Source of the DNA: Octopus bimaculoides
Lineage: Eukaryota
DNA: 36,329 bases
Direction: 5' to 3'
NCBI RefSeq assembly: GCF_001194135.2
Contig: NC_068983.1
Coordinates: 65,587,399 to 65,623,727, forward strand
The translations under genes and the position numbers were made by a program. The notes beneath the pieces were generated by a model. That model was not told where the DNA came from. It saw only the letters and a program-made list of their open reading frames with translations, and did no database searches. Position 1 is the stretch's first letter; each line of letters starts with the position of its first letter. This document shows positions 10,783-24,064 of the stretch, in pieces.

Positions 10783-11124
10783 ACCTACTATGATAGGAAT
10801 TGTTTCTGTTTTTAGATTCCACATTCGAGTTATCTCTATTTCCAGGTCTTTGTATCTTGAAAGTTTTTCCATTTCTTTTAGAGAAACGTTGTCATCTGCT
10901 GGTATTGATACATCAATTAGAAAGCATTTTTTTCTTAATGATCTTTGACAACTATATCTGGTCTATTTGCCTTAATTTCTCTATCTGCGTGTATTGGCAT
11001 ATCCCAGAGTATGGTTGCTTTCTCGTTTTCTGTGACCTTTTCTGGCGTGTGTTTATACCATCTTTTTTCTGTTGTTATTCCATAGTGTTGGCATAGCTTC
11101 CAGTGTATATAGGTCCCAGCTCTA

Positions 11125-11126
<2 letters not shown>
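10783..11126 (-). mobile_element. 5'-truncated R4/Dong element: endonuclease (RLE) region
   Basis: DRAGTYIHWKLCQHYGITTEKRWYKHTPEKVTENEKATILWDMPIHADREIKANRPDIVVKDH* then a frameshift in an A-run to CFLIDVSIPADDNVSLKEMEKLSRYKDLEIEITRMWNLKTETIPIIVG (PD...D..P.D...K.Y motif). Runs into an N-gap. Sense-strand (TAA)n lies on both sides. Confidence 0.9.
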
Positions 11127-11155
<29 letters not shown>

Positions 11156-11472
11156 CAATATCATTTTCATCATTATCATCATCATCATCATCATCATCCT
11201 CCTCCTCCTCATCATCATCATCCTTATCATCATCATCATCATCATCATCATTATCATTATTATTATTATTCCTTTTCTTCTTTTTCCACAACGTCTATTC
11301 CTCATTATCATTTCATTATCATCATCGTCGTTATCATCATCACCATCATCATCGTCGTCATCGTTATCGCCATCATCATCACCATTATCATCCATATCGT
11401 CGTCGTAGTCATCATCATCATCATCATCATCATAATAATAATCATCATCATCATCATCATCATAACCATTAT
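11127..11472. repeat. Compound (TTA)/(TCA)/(TCC)/(TCG) trinucleotide array
   Basis: Directly visible. Confidence 0.95.
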
Positions 11473-12477
11473 CACTGAACTGCGGTGATTCGGTGCACCG
11501 CCTTGACGGATTTTTTATGTATGCATATATGTGAGTGTGTTTGTGTGAATATATGTGTGCGTATATGTGTGTGCTTATGAGTACGTATCTGTGTAGGTAT
11601 ACGCATACATTAGAAAAGAAATCCGAAGGCTGCGATATCTATGTTTAAAAGGTTATACAGACGATAGGAAACTGAACACTTCAAAATCTGCTATGGAATT
11701 AGTTTCGAGACACAATTTTCACATTGATTAAACTTCATATGTATTATATGATGACTATAACTTCATTTTGTAACCAGATTTGAAGTCTTAAGTATGATTT
11801 TCTCAAACGATATTGATAATATCTTATTCTTCATGTAAATTACATTTTCAATAATGAGAAATGCAATATCAGTTCTACTGAAAACGAGTATCTGATTGAA
11901 CATATTTACAGCCTCTGTCAGCATAAAAGAGAAATGATATGTGAAGATCTCTGCAAAGTTTGTGCACAACCAGTTATAATCAACGTGTTACGCATTGATT
12001 TTAGTTCCTTGTGACCTGTGAATTTATATCTGACACAAACCTAATTTAAATTTACATTAAATGTAAAGCAAGCATACACTCAATGATGAATGCCTCTATT
12101 TACGAATAGAAGAAGAGTGAGTTTTGCTAATAAAAATGCAGCCAATATTTAATTAATTATTTTATTTGTGTTATAAATACTCTGTTTCACTTCTTTAATT
12201 CATTTCTCGAAAGGTTTATGCTAACAGCAAATTATTAATGCACAAATTTTCATCTGAGTCTGAAACATTTCTGCTTAAATCACTATAATTGCTTACCATT
12301 TCTAGCATGAGCTTAAACAATTATTCCAGCTACAGAATGCTGACATATTTGACAGATATGATAACAACTTTCATTAGAAATGGACGTTTTGATTTCAAAT
12401 CTCATTTTTAGAAATTGAGATATTTAGTAATAGAATAGCAGGAATTAAAAATTACTGCATGGCTACTGTGAGAAATT

Positions 12478-12631
12478 GAAGGCGTGAGGCTTAGTGGATA
12501 AAGGTATTCGGCCACTTGCACCTTGATTTCACGAGCAGATTGTTCTGTTGATCAGATCAGCTTGAGCCCTCGTCGTCGTAACCGACGGAGTTCCAGTCTG
12601 AAAAAAGTAAAAACTGCATGCTGAGCTTCAT
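12478..12631 (+). mobile_element. SINE family 1 deletion variant (tRNA-head 5' end fused to 3' body)
   Basis: gaaggcgtgaggcttagtggataaaggtattcgg joins directly to ccacttgcaccttgatttcacgagcag... 12566-12631 equals 10207-10272 with one mismatch. Confidence 0.75.
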
Positions 12632-15600
12632 AGTTTTTATTTATCTAAGCAAAATTTATGCTATATGCTAGCAAAAAAATAGACCAAAATAACATATTCT
12701 GTCATTCATGCTAGCATTAGTGTAAACATCGAAGTGAATGAATTGATTTCAATAATCAATTTGCATCGCAATTTCTGGTTATTGGAGCATTTCTTTATCA
12801 TTGTTACAGTTTGCATATTAAGCAAAGCTTTCTTTTAAACAAACACCAAGATCGGAAACATGACATAGAACGTAAGGTTTTAGTATATAGTTCGTACTTT
12901 TTTTGTCCAATGTTATTTTTTATGTAAAGGAAGAAAAATGCTTCAGTTCTTTGCTGTTTTAATCTTGCAACACAAATCCCGAAGAAACATGTTTCTCTCA
13001 GTGAGACACAAATCATCTATATCTTTTGGAAGGTTGAAAATAGAATATTTGTGATGTTCGTACATTTACCAATATCATACATATAGCAAGGTTAATTGAC
13101 TTCAGCTTTGAAGCGAATTCAAGCCGAGGATACTCTTCGATGCGTAACTTGATACGGACACCAAACTGAAATGGTGAAATATCAAACATCTAATAAAAGG
13201 AATATGATAAAGGCAAAAAGGTACCGTTATCAGCAAAATGAAATTGCTTTCACGTAAAATCGAATTCATGACACCATGTCATATTTTTCTTTGTTTCATG
13301 AAAGTGAAGGAAGTGATCCCGATGCAAAACGATAGACAATTTACATAACATGATGTTTAAAACTGAACAAGATTGCTATCATCTGAAAACACAGCCTCTT
13401 TGACACAGAAAGATGCTCTTCATAATAGCCAACTTGTCTTTCTGAATCTCTTTTAAGTTCCTTTATTTCTGATCTGATACTGGATACTTATGAGCGGTAT
13501 ACAACTCCACTGAAATGTTTCATGATACCGCGAAAATATTTCTTACTTTCTCTAACCCCTTTTAACGATTAATAGATGTTTGATCTGTAGTTTTGAAATA
13601 GAGAAATAACGCAAGTGAAAGTGATGTGCTAATATAATTTACTTTATCAATGCATTTATGCGTATACCCATCTTACTACAACTTTATCTAAAATTCTGAA
13701 TATATATCTTCACATACATGTTCGTGTCAGTGTGTGCGTGCGTGCCTGCGTGTGTCTGTGCCTGTGTCTATATGCATTTTTGTGTGTGTGTATCTGTCTG
13801 TTTATGTGTCTGTGTGTGTGTTTGTGTGTGTGAGTGTGTGTGTGTGTGTATATGTGTGTTTGTGCGTGCGTGCGTGTTCTTGTGTAATTATATTATAACC
13901 GTCAGCACACATTTGACTAAAAATTTTACCTTTTGTTTGATATTCCTTTTCGTTTATGAAGATGGCTAAGACTCAGTCTCTGAAAACACTGTAACAATAG
14001 AAAATGCAGCGGACAATAGATTCGTGACTGCTCTTCCCTATAATATACCTTCGATAAAACTGTGATCGAAGTGGCGTTATTTCATTGCGGTAGAGGAACT
14101 AGAAACCCCAACTGTCGCAACATAATTTCCTCCGTCTGCTTATGGTTCAAATCCTTACTTATCACAGTATCCGTTATTGTTTACAAAGAAATACCTCACA
14201 ACCTTCTGGATCAGTGACTACCACTCTCAGACCTAGAGTTCATCTAGTATATAAAGTTAGAGAGAGAGAGAGAGAGTGTGTGTGTTCATCTAGTATATGA
14301 AATAATGCTGTGCGCGAAATTATATTTATTGCGTGCAAGCGATTACTGTAATTGCCTAGGGACTTTTACCAGTAAATGTATTACAATACTATCGCTTCTA
14401 TTAATATGTTACACACAGGAAATTTAATATTGCTTTAGTGTGCGATGAATTAATTGCAAGAAAAAAAGCCTACAGGGGACTTAAAAGACATGTTTATCAG
14501 AATTCAGCTACCTATAATTTCGATTGTTGTACATTGTAGAAAAAATAGCACAAAACAAAAAAATATTGAAGCTGAGATGTAGAATCAAGAATAGGATTGG
14601 TGAAGTACAATTGAAAGTCACAAAAAGATTCGAATTCATTTGAAAAAGCAAATAAAATAGCGGCACTTTTTTACTTGTTTTATACTAGTATAAGACTGTG
14701 ATAACGATGGTTAGATTATGACATTGAGATATAAGGACCTTTTCATACATGACATGGTGAGTTATCTTTCTGGATTTCAAATGGAATCCGTGTTTTCGTT
14801 TTAACATACGGAATGAATGGGTTTACGAATAATTTCCATTTTTTTTAAAGAATACATATTGTGTGTGTATATTCCTGTAAGAGATTAATAAATATGTGTT
14901 GAAAAGGTATGTTCAAATTCCCTGCAAACGTTTCGTTGTCTTATCGGACTCATTAATTTACTGAGTTGAACTGGCTGTTAGATAGAGTTACTTGATCAAA
15001 TTTGTTTTAATCTCAAACCACAGTCCATCTAAGTGTTCCATCTGAGTTTTCCTTGCAGTGGATTTTGACATATCCCATTAAAACATATCTTATATATTTC
15101 TTACACACATGCACATTTCTTACACACATAAACATCTCTTACACACACACACACGCACGCAAACAAGCACACACACACGCACGCAAACAAGCACAAGCAC
15201 ACACACACATATACGGACACACATGCACACGGACAAACGCAACGTAATACACACATTTTCACACACAACCAGGACTCTGGCTTTTGTTGAATTATACGCT
15301 ATCGGTCTGACACCTGGTGACGTATTCCATGCATCAAAATTGAGCATATACCACAAAATGCGAAATATGCTCTCACTGTCTATTCTTCTTCTTCTTCTTC
15401 TCTCTCTGTTTCTCTTTCTCTCTCTTTCTCCCTCCCTCTCACTCGCACACACTCTCTCTATGAATACATGTAAGATTGGGTAAGATTCAAAGAATAACAT
15501 CTTGATAATGTGCGTTTAAAGTAATATTTAACTTCACTTGAATTAAACATTCAAATAACTTATTGATGACGTATATTTTGTTGGTAGCTTGCCCCACGTT

Positions 15601-17441
15601 GTTTTCAAAAATAGGTCTAAAGACCGTTAGTAGATTTTGTCACTTTTTAAGGCTTTCTTCAGTTTGAAGACGTTGTTAATCAGTGCAAGATCTGCGGCGA
15701 ACATATATTGAACGGAATGCTAACATCAATATCATAAATACTAGGATACTGTGTTCGCTGAATTTGTGGAGGATAAACAGGTCGGAAGGATAAACTCGGA
15801 ATGGAAGATACCGTTTATTTTGTTAATACAGTAATTGTCACGTGAGCTAGTCCTTTGAGAGGTGTTGGAGAACTGAGCATAGTGTCGTTTTTTATAAAAA
15901 GATGTACAAGGGCCAATGATTCAATATCATGTTTCGCGATGATACGATGATATAATTTCAGAGATAATTGAATTATTTTGCTCCTACGTCGCCTAATTGT
16001 ACAGACATGAATAATAGTTAATTCATAGCAAATTGTCAAACAAATCTTATTATGTTTAAAATTGGACGTGTGAATGTCCGGCATATGTTCAATTTATCTG
16101 ATCTTCCACCAAATAGAATTTTTATAAAGCAGCTACTATTTCGCTTTCATTTGTCCATCCACTTCACTATAAACAGCATCAATATTAAATTCAACTACAT
16201 ATTTTATACCCATACATTTCACCAGTACGCCGCACATACACACAAACACACGCAAAATCATACAGACACACAAACACTTACTTAGATACATACCTTCAAG
16301 CACAAGACAAAGACACATACGAATCTAATAAAAGAAATAGGTATACATGTATATATACATTTAGAATATACCCATATACTAACAAGAATAAATATACGTA
16401 AAAGGCAAAATATGTGCATATATTAATTTCATTTCCTATGTAGAATATCTATATTCTGTTACCAATAATCATCGGGTAAACATTTGGCTGCCAGACAACT
16501 ACAGAAGCCTTCGTTCTCTGACAGGACAGACCAAGTTAAATTGTTGTGTGTTTAACCACAAAATATGTTCATTTAAATAATATTACCAAAATCTTACAGT
16601 TTTTAAGTGTTTTGTAATCAATCTGTTCGACAACAGTTCATTTATCAAAATCGTAATTCAATCTTAGTAACTTTCCAATATATAATCTTTCAATATATTC
16701 ATGATGAACCAAAACTGCTACTTCATGTTTGAAACCTTCAAGACAGTTGTAATTTAGAATGTAAAATCTCACCTTCACGATCTCATTTATAATTTTAGCT
16801 TTCAGTTCCTTCTTTTGCAGTTTTTTTTAAAACTCTTCTTTCAAAATAATTCATTTCATTCTGCCAAACTAATCTCTTCGCTAGACCACTTAATGTCACT
16901 CAAAGACTGGCGCTCAAAATGAACTTCGAAGTTGTTAGAAAATCTAACTTAATTGTTACCAAGAAAATATGAGTTACGACTGAACGTTGCAGAGTTCTAT
17001 ATTTGGTAAAATGTAGAAATAGATTTGTAATGATGGTGTCATTGAAAAAGCTTTATTTATTCGCTGTGTTAATGAAGAGATATGGCTTCAAATTAAGTAA
17101 TGAAATGTTTTCTGTTCAATTTCCAAAAAGCAAGAGCTTCCATGCTGAAACACATAACTGTTCCGGAAAAAAGGCTATCATAATATAATCAAACAGAAAA
17201 TACTAAGGACACGGAAAATGACTAGGGCTGAGTTCCTAAACTGATTATATCCAATTTATAAGGCATGCAACTGAGAATGTGGATAAATACATAATTATGA
17301 TTATTATATGAATAATGAGTGAAATCGAAAAACAATTATCGTTAGCATTATGCATGAATACAGTAAATATATTTGGCTTTGTTTGAATAGAAAGGATTGT
17401 ATTCTGAAGAGCATTAGCAACAACAACAATAATAATAATAA

Positions 17442-18540
17442 AAATTGAATTCAACTCCAAAAATCGAAAACATTAGCACCGTGGCACTTCCAGTAGGTCA
17501 ATACAGTTTTAACATCATTAACTGGAAGCTTACAGAGTCCCAACGCCTGGATAGGAAGAGAAGACAACTACTAATATCTAAGAACATGCACCACCCAAAA
17601 GCAGATGTTGATCATCTGCACCTACGTAGAAGTAATGGGGGAAAACGAATGATGCATGTAGAACTGTGCTATAGGATATCTACAATAGCAATGAACAGGC
17701 ACCTATCTAGTACAGAGGACTGGATGCTGCGCCTTGTGTGAAAATATGAAAGCAGCAAAAAATCACATTCTATTGTCATGGAAGCTTGCAAATACGCAAG
17801 GGAACTTGGCATTAACCCTGAATTACATTATGAACCTGACGCCACTGCCACCAAACAAGAGAAACGGATCAAGTAAACTGCAAGAAAGAACGGTACGGAA
17901 ACAAATTGAGGAGCGGTGAAACTTCGAAGTCGAAATGCTGACAACAACCCAGCAGTGGCTGAGATGCTCGATTTTTATTACCAGCACAAGAGCAAAGCTT
18001 GCTTACCAAAAACTACCAGGCGAACGTTCTTCACAACGGTTCTGCTCCTAAATGCAGATTCTGCGATACATTTGACGAAACAATAGACCATTTCGTCTCA
18101 GGATGCCCTGTGCAGATACAAAAGGCATAAAATAATCATTGGAAAATATGTAAACACTACAAAATCAACACTCCTGCTTACTGGTATGAACATCACTCTG
18201 AGCCAGTCGTTGAAGCTAAAAATGTCACAACCCTCGTGGATTTTCCAATCAACACCGACAGAACGATCCAGGGTTATCGACCAGGCATAATTATAAAACA
18301 CAGGGACGAAAATGCTTACAGACTATTAGATGTAGGTGTTCCCATTGATAAAAATAATATATCTGTTAAGAAATGTGACAATATATCGACCTGGAAATTG
18401 AAATACAAAAGATATGGCAACTTAAACCAAAGACTGTTTTTGTTATTGTATGTGCCCTAGCTATGATTAAAAAAGGGATGACACAAACATCTAGATAACA
18501 TCCTGGGAGAATCATGCCTCAGTGAAATCCCAAAGATATG
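17442..18540 (+). mobile_element. R4/Dong fragment: post-RT region through zinc knuckle and RLE
   Basis: ORF 17445..17741 (...YSFNIINWKLTESQRLDRKRRQLLISKNMHHPKADVDHLHLRRSNGG), then CRFCDTFDETIDHFVSGCP-like (~18050-18110), DFPINTDRTIQGYRPGIIIKHRDENAYRLLDVGVPID (ORF 18236..18460). Directly preceded by (CAA)4(TAA)4. Confidence 0.85.
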
Positions 18541-18939
18541 TCGCTTCTGTCCATGCCACTTCCCCTCCCCATTCTTTCAGTCATACTGTAACATTTCTTA
18601 TCCTTCACATGCCCTAGAATGTTTAGTGTGTCAGATTAAAAGTAATATTATGGCATGATAAAAAAAGAAGTGTCAAACAAAAAGCGAAATGTTATCTGGT
18701 ATCAACTTTTCATCTGTACACTCTCCATTTATTTATTTATAGAATCACTTCTGATCTACTCTGAATAACCTATTCTGGTAGTAGCCCTTCATTTTTTGGT
18801 CGTATCTTAGCATCTTTGCTTTCTTTGCAACGTGGCGCTGTATCAGTTCCTCCATTACCACTTTCAGGCCCTTTCTTTCAATATACTTCCCTTTCAGCGC
18901 CCTGTATTTTTGTTCGCTTTCAAGCCCCCCTTTCTCTTT

Positions 18940-20060
18940 TCTCTACAATTTACAAAGCTTTTACTGCAATAATATCGCAGAGAATGAGTAAACATCTGGA
19001 AGAAAACAACCTGTATTCAGAAGAGCAGAAGGGATGCTGCAAGGGCTTATACGGATGTAATGATCAGCTATTGATCAATAAAGCCATAACTGAAGACAGA
19101 CATAAGAAAAGGAAGAGTATATGTATAGCTAGGATCGATTATCGAAAGGCTTTTGATAGTATTCCCCACACATGTTTCCTAGAAGCACTAGCGATGGCAT
19201 ATTTAATGTAGCACCCATAATCATAAAATATATAAAACATTCCATGAATAAGGGGAAAACAGTGCTACAGCGCCAGACAAAAAGGGACTCATAAAAACCA
19301 AAGCCCTCCTCCTTAGAAAAGGGATAGTCCAAGGAGACACGCTCTCTATCCCTTTTCTGCTTGGCACTGACACCTTTATCTGACATGCTAAACAGAACTG
19401 GATGTGGATACAATTGTTATAGCAAAACAGTGAACCATCTCTTGTATATGGATATACAAGATAATGATAAACAGCTGGAAATGCTGCAAATGATAAACAG
19501 CTGGAAACATTACTACAGAAAGTACATGGATTTACCGAAGAAATAAACAGAAACTTTGGCTTAGAAAAATGTACCAAAGCAACCTTGAGAATAGGAAAAC
19601 TAGGGAAAAGTAACATCACACTAGATAAAGTAAATGAAATAAGAGAATTAGACAGCCAGGCATACAAATACTTAAGAATCAATGAACTAGATACGATAAA
19701 CACGTAAATAAAAGAAAATATATGAAAGGGAAACTATAGACGAGATACATAAATACTGAAGACAATGCTAAATGCGAAAAACAAAATAATAGGTATCAAC
19801 ACCCTAACTGTCCCAGTTATAAGTTACTGCTACAATACTCTTAACTGTAATCTAAATGAACTAATCAAAATAGACAGAAAAGCAAGAAAAATAATGACGG
19901 CATCTAGGATGCACCATCCAAAATCTGACATAGAAAAGTTATATATACAGGGTATCGAAAGTGGTACAGGCCTTATACATCTAGAAAACTATTATAAAAT
20001 AACCACCATCGGATTACAGAAATGCCTACTTCAGAAACAAGGAAAACATACAAATAACTA
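18940..20060 (+). mobile_element. R4/Dong fragment: reverse transcriptase core and thumb
   Basis: IYKAFTAIISQRMSKHLEENNLYSEEQKGCCKGLYGCNDQLLINKAI...IARIDYRKAFDSIPH; KGIVQGD; NHLLYMD; FGLEKCTKA; NAKNKIIGINTLTVPVISY...MHHPKSDIEKLY. Frameshifted. Confidence 0.9.
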
Positions 20061-20189
20061 CAAAACGCAGGTAAAACATAAAACTGTTTTCTATCTTTAA
20101 GGTCATAAAACTAACTTAAGACAACATAATTCGATCGTTATGGAATAATGAGGGATTCAAATATCTCGTAGTATTTCAAAACGATAAGA

Positions 20190-20540
20190 TAATAGAAAGA
20201 GAATTGTGATAGGAAGTCAGAAAAGAGTACAAAAGCAGAATTGGGAAGGTGCTCGAAACAACATTAAGTGGAGGGAACATTATCAAAGCCATAAATTCAT
20301 GTGCTACGTCAGTATTTAGATACTCTGCTCCCTTTCTGAAATGGACGAAGATCGAGCTGCGGAACTTAAATAGAAGAACCAGAAAACTGCTAACAATGCA
20401 CAACGCACTCCAAATTTATAGTGACCGACTCTGTCATGAAGGGAAGGTGGTAGAGGATTATCAAACGTGGAAGACATGATTAGTACTGCAATAATGGGGT
20501 TGAAAAAATATGTTGTAAAGAGTAAAGAAAAGATACTTTC
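20190..20540 (+). mobile_element. R4/Dong fragment (different subfamily): post-RT thumb
   Basis: ORF 20249..20479 LETTLSGGNIIKAINSCATSVFRYSAPFLKWTKIELRNLNRRTRKLLTMHNAL is homologous to the same region in 17445..17741 and 19765..20100. Confidence 0.8.
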
Positions 20541-20599
20541 GGCAGCCAGTGATAGCTGCTCTCAGTAATACAATACTGAAAGTTACTCATCTTAAAGAG

Positions 20600-21960
20600 A
20601 AGTGATGATTACTATTATTGAAACCATGCAACAGAGGAAAACTGGAATCAGAGTTTGGGAAAGAGAACGATGTTATTCTGAGACTTCAAACTAAAGACAT
20701 CACAATGTAAATTTTTTGTATATGTCACAACGGAATGAACGGGGATGTTGAAGTAAAGGCGGAAAGGAACAACTATTCTGCAAAAAGAGAATCAAAGGAA
20801 GCATTGTTACATGGAGAAAGGATTCTATTAAATTCTTGGAAGACGAAGAAATATGTGATTGACACAAAGTGAACAGAATCACATGAATAAGAAATACTAA
20901 CTGGAAATGTTTATGTCTCAGACATGTTAAAGTAAAAGATCAAAATAGTGGATGAGAATCAAGATCAAAAGATTTTTTTTTTAAGTGGATACAGTACAAA
21001 CTAAAAATTTTTAAGTAATATAAACGGAAGGAATGGGTATGTTGATGAAACAAAGATGGAAAAAAGGGGGCAAAGACAGAGTTGCCTAATCCCAGAGAAG
21101 CAACTTGGTTGTAGAGCAAGATCCAGTCAGAGGAAGTCAAACACAACAAGTTGTCTACTTTGCCTGAGGAAGTGGAACAGGAATTTAGTAACACGGAAAC
21201 CATGAAGAAAGATATTACAACTCTGCTAGAACTTCTTAAGCGATATCGGTTCAAAACACTGGCTAAGTTGTATTTTAAGCTACAAGAGTTCCTGCACGAC
21301 TGAGTGTGCCAGCAATGTGTGTTGCGGTGGGTGGTTAGAAGAAGAACAGTGCTGATCTAGAAATATCCAGCTAAGGGAGCCGAAGCTAATAACTGCCGCG
21401 CGATCGCTTGCTTTCCTATCATCTGAAAACTGGAATGATGTGAGGAAATCTGTTTGAAAACTTTGAAGGAAATGGACTAACTGATGAACGTAAGTGATAC
21501 AGAAATTCTTCACCGGGAACAAAGGATTAGTTGCTTATCAGTAAGAAAAGAACTGCCGGAGAATGTTATAAACTTGTCAATGATTTAGATTGACTACAGA
21601 AATGCATAAAACACTCAGGTACAGAAATGTCTGGCGATAGATGAGTCAGCTAAGAATATATCTTTATTCCGCAAAAGTATGAGGAATTTTGACAGCTTTG
21701 ACAGCAGGAGAAAGTGTTCTCGGAAAGGCCACAATAATTCTGGCTTTGAAGAAGAGGGCTAGTGACAGAATACAACCCATGAGACCGATTAACCATTTAC
21801 TGTTCATGGATAATCTGAAGCCTTCAAGTTTAGCGGAAATCAGGTTGAAACATTTGTTCAAGTAACAGGAATTTTCTCAGAAGGCATCCGGATATACTTT
21901 GGTATCGATAATTGTTCTATACTAGAAGAAGAGAAGGAAAATAAACAACAACAGAATAGA
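20600..21960 (+). mobile_element. Heavily decayed R4/Dong fragment: pre-RT linker into RT
   Basis: Broken frames include LPNPREATWL*SKIQSEEVKHNK...EVEQEFSNTETMKKDITT (~21080-21220) and RPINHLLFMDNLKP (~21783-21825), the RT catalytic motif. Confidence 0.65.
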
Positions 21961-22138
21961 ACTTCCGGACGAAAAACATTTTAGAGAAGTGGACAGAGAA
22001 TGATAATGTACTTCGTTAATTTACAGTTAGAGGTGACGATGGAGAATAATATGTTGAATCAAATCAGTGTAATAAATGTGCACGGAAATACTAAAATACC
22101 GCCCTTTTTTCTGCCTGTGCCCGTAAGTGTGTGGGTGT

Positions 22139-22177
<39 letters not shown>

Positions 22178-22369
22178 TATGTGTGCGGGGGGTATGTGAG
22201 AACAATAAAACATTAGTATGAAGCTTACTAAAATGCAACTATACAAAATATTTCAATGAAATCTAGTCGACAAAAAAAGATGTTTAAAAATCAAAAGCTG
22301 AACAGGAATTTCTGAAATATACGAATAAATAATAAGGAGAAAAACAACTTCGTGACTAAAACATCTATC

Positions 22370-22580
22370 TGCAAGACCATTCAAAGGCGATAAGTGCTAG
22401 AATTAAAGCTAACAATGGTTCGTGGTTAGTTAAACTCAGAAACAGAAAGTCTGATTTTTTTGCAGAGGACCAATAATTAGACACAAAAGATTACGAAACT
22501 AAAATAATGAAAGAAAGATAATATCAAGTGCAAACAATTCTGCTTGTACAATAAGACGACGGAGTACATTGTCACCAAGA
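22370..22580 (+). mobile_element. R4/Dong fragment: TES-x-I-x-A-x-x-DQ and CCHC knuckle region
   Basis: Frameshifted ETESLIF(x)AEDQ*LDTKDYETKIMKE...KCKQFCLYNKTTEYIVT. Confidence 0.55.
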
Positions 22581-22614
22581 TACATTTTGTGACGCAATAT
22601 CAGTGTCCATATTT

Positions 22615-22834
22615 AAGGCGACGAGTCGTCAAAATCGTTACCGCGCCAAGCAAAATGCTTAGCAGTATTTCATCCATCATTATGTTCCAAGTTCAAATTC
22701 TGCAGATGTTGACTTGACCTTACATCCTTTCGGGGTGTTTAAAATAAATACCAATTCAGCACTGGTATCAATTTAATCGGATTATTCCGTCTTCGAATCT
22801 TGCTGGCGTTGTGGCAAAATTTTAGACCAATATT
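22615..22834 (+). mobile_element. SINE family 2, full-length degenerate copy
   Basis: tRNA-like head aaggcgacgagtcgtcaaaatcgttac, B-box-like caagttcaaattc, body catcctttcgggg...aaaataaatacc, and end ggcaaaattttagaccaatatt. Inverted homolog of 8395-8615 and 27330-27545. Confidence 0.75.
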
Positions 22835-24064
22835 AGTGCTTAAAAATGAATACATAGTCCAAATATGATTCACTTCCGTAGATCGAGCGAATTTCTTCCC
22901 AAATAAATGTATTTAATAAACGTTTCTGTTAGCAACAGAGAATCCTTATTTGTGTTGGGAAAACAGAGTAAAGAGTGTTGAATTACTAAAATATACACGG
23001 AAGCAATTTGTATATTTGAGTTTAACATGAAGCAATAATGAACAGGATTTTCGGCCTGTGTTGTACCACTTCTTTTATATTTTGTTACGTTTACTGCCAT
23101 GTCGTGTAGTCAAGGGAATTGCATTTATATAACTATAGCAGTACTAACGATTGTTTAAGCAAAATCTAAACGCTGATCTTAAAAACAATTACAAGCCCCA
23201 GGATAGTGAAGACTATCTTGTGATATACGAAATCAGAATATAAAGTGAAGTCAGAAATGAAAATCACTTTTTGTGTACCATATGCCTCTTTCGCCTACCG
23301 TAATACTGGCGATAATAATAATAATGTGATCATATACAGCAACCGTGGATATGCTAAAGAAATGATAAACAAACAGTCATCTTCGAATAATATACACATG
23401 ACGTCAGCGTAATACACGAAGAGTTTCCGAACAACACATTATTTTCTAGTTATGAAAGAAATCAATCTGTCTCATCGATTGCTTACATAGACAGAAATAC
23501 TAAATATCCACCTGACATATCTAATCACGTTAAATGTACGTTTTTAGTAAGCACGCATCGAAAGCAATATCTGAAAAAGATTTACACACAATTTTATGGA
23601 TCATGCTTTTACCCAAAATATCATTGGATGTTATTACATTTGCTGACTATAAGACACACGGAGCTGCCTTGTGTGACCCGTTAGAATTAGCCGTGTATAT
23701 TTCATTATAATCACATCTTACCGTTCTACAAGATGGTAGGAAACTTTTGACAACTAAATTTCAAAACAGACAAGATGGTACCATTGATTATATATCTACA
23801 CACTCAGACTTAAAACTACAAAATAACAACAAAAACCATGATTATCAAAAATATCTTTCGAAACAATAGAAAGAGGAAATCTTGAAATTATATTGATGTT
23901 ACAAACAAAAGAATATAAGGGAAAGTAAAGAAAGCAAAATCGAATACACAAATTTATTAGAGCTTGATATTGTTTTATTTACGTGGCATTATAAAATGAT
24001 ATCCGCGCCTACAACTTTCCTTTGCCATTAAATAAAAAAAATAAATATTCTAGAAGTGCCATAT

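Noticed and set aside
11072-11488. His/Tyr/Ile-rich ORFs
   Set aside because: Translation of a compound trinucleotide microsatellite.
15600-15740. Minus MFAADLAL (RT-like) and plus FEDVVNQCKICGEHILNG peptides
   Set aside because: Short, with no neighbouring RT motifs or usable donor; compatible with chance.
16773-16860. Minus-strand exon-like segment (NEMNYFERRVLKK/LQKKELKAKIINEIVK) with AG and GTGAGA borders
   Set aside because: Needs a one-base deletion in an A8 run to stay open, and A-rich DNA readily yields K/E-rich peptides. Revisit only if reads show A7.
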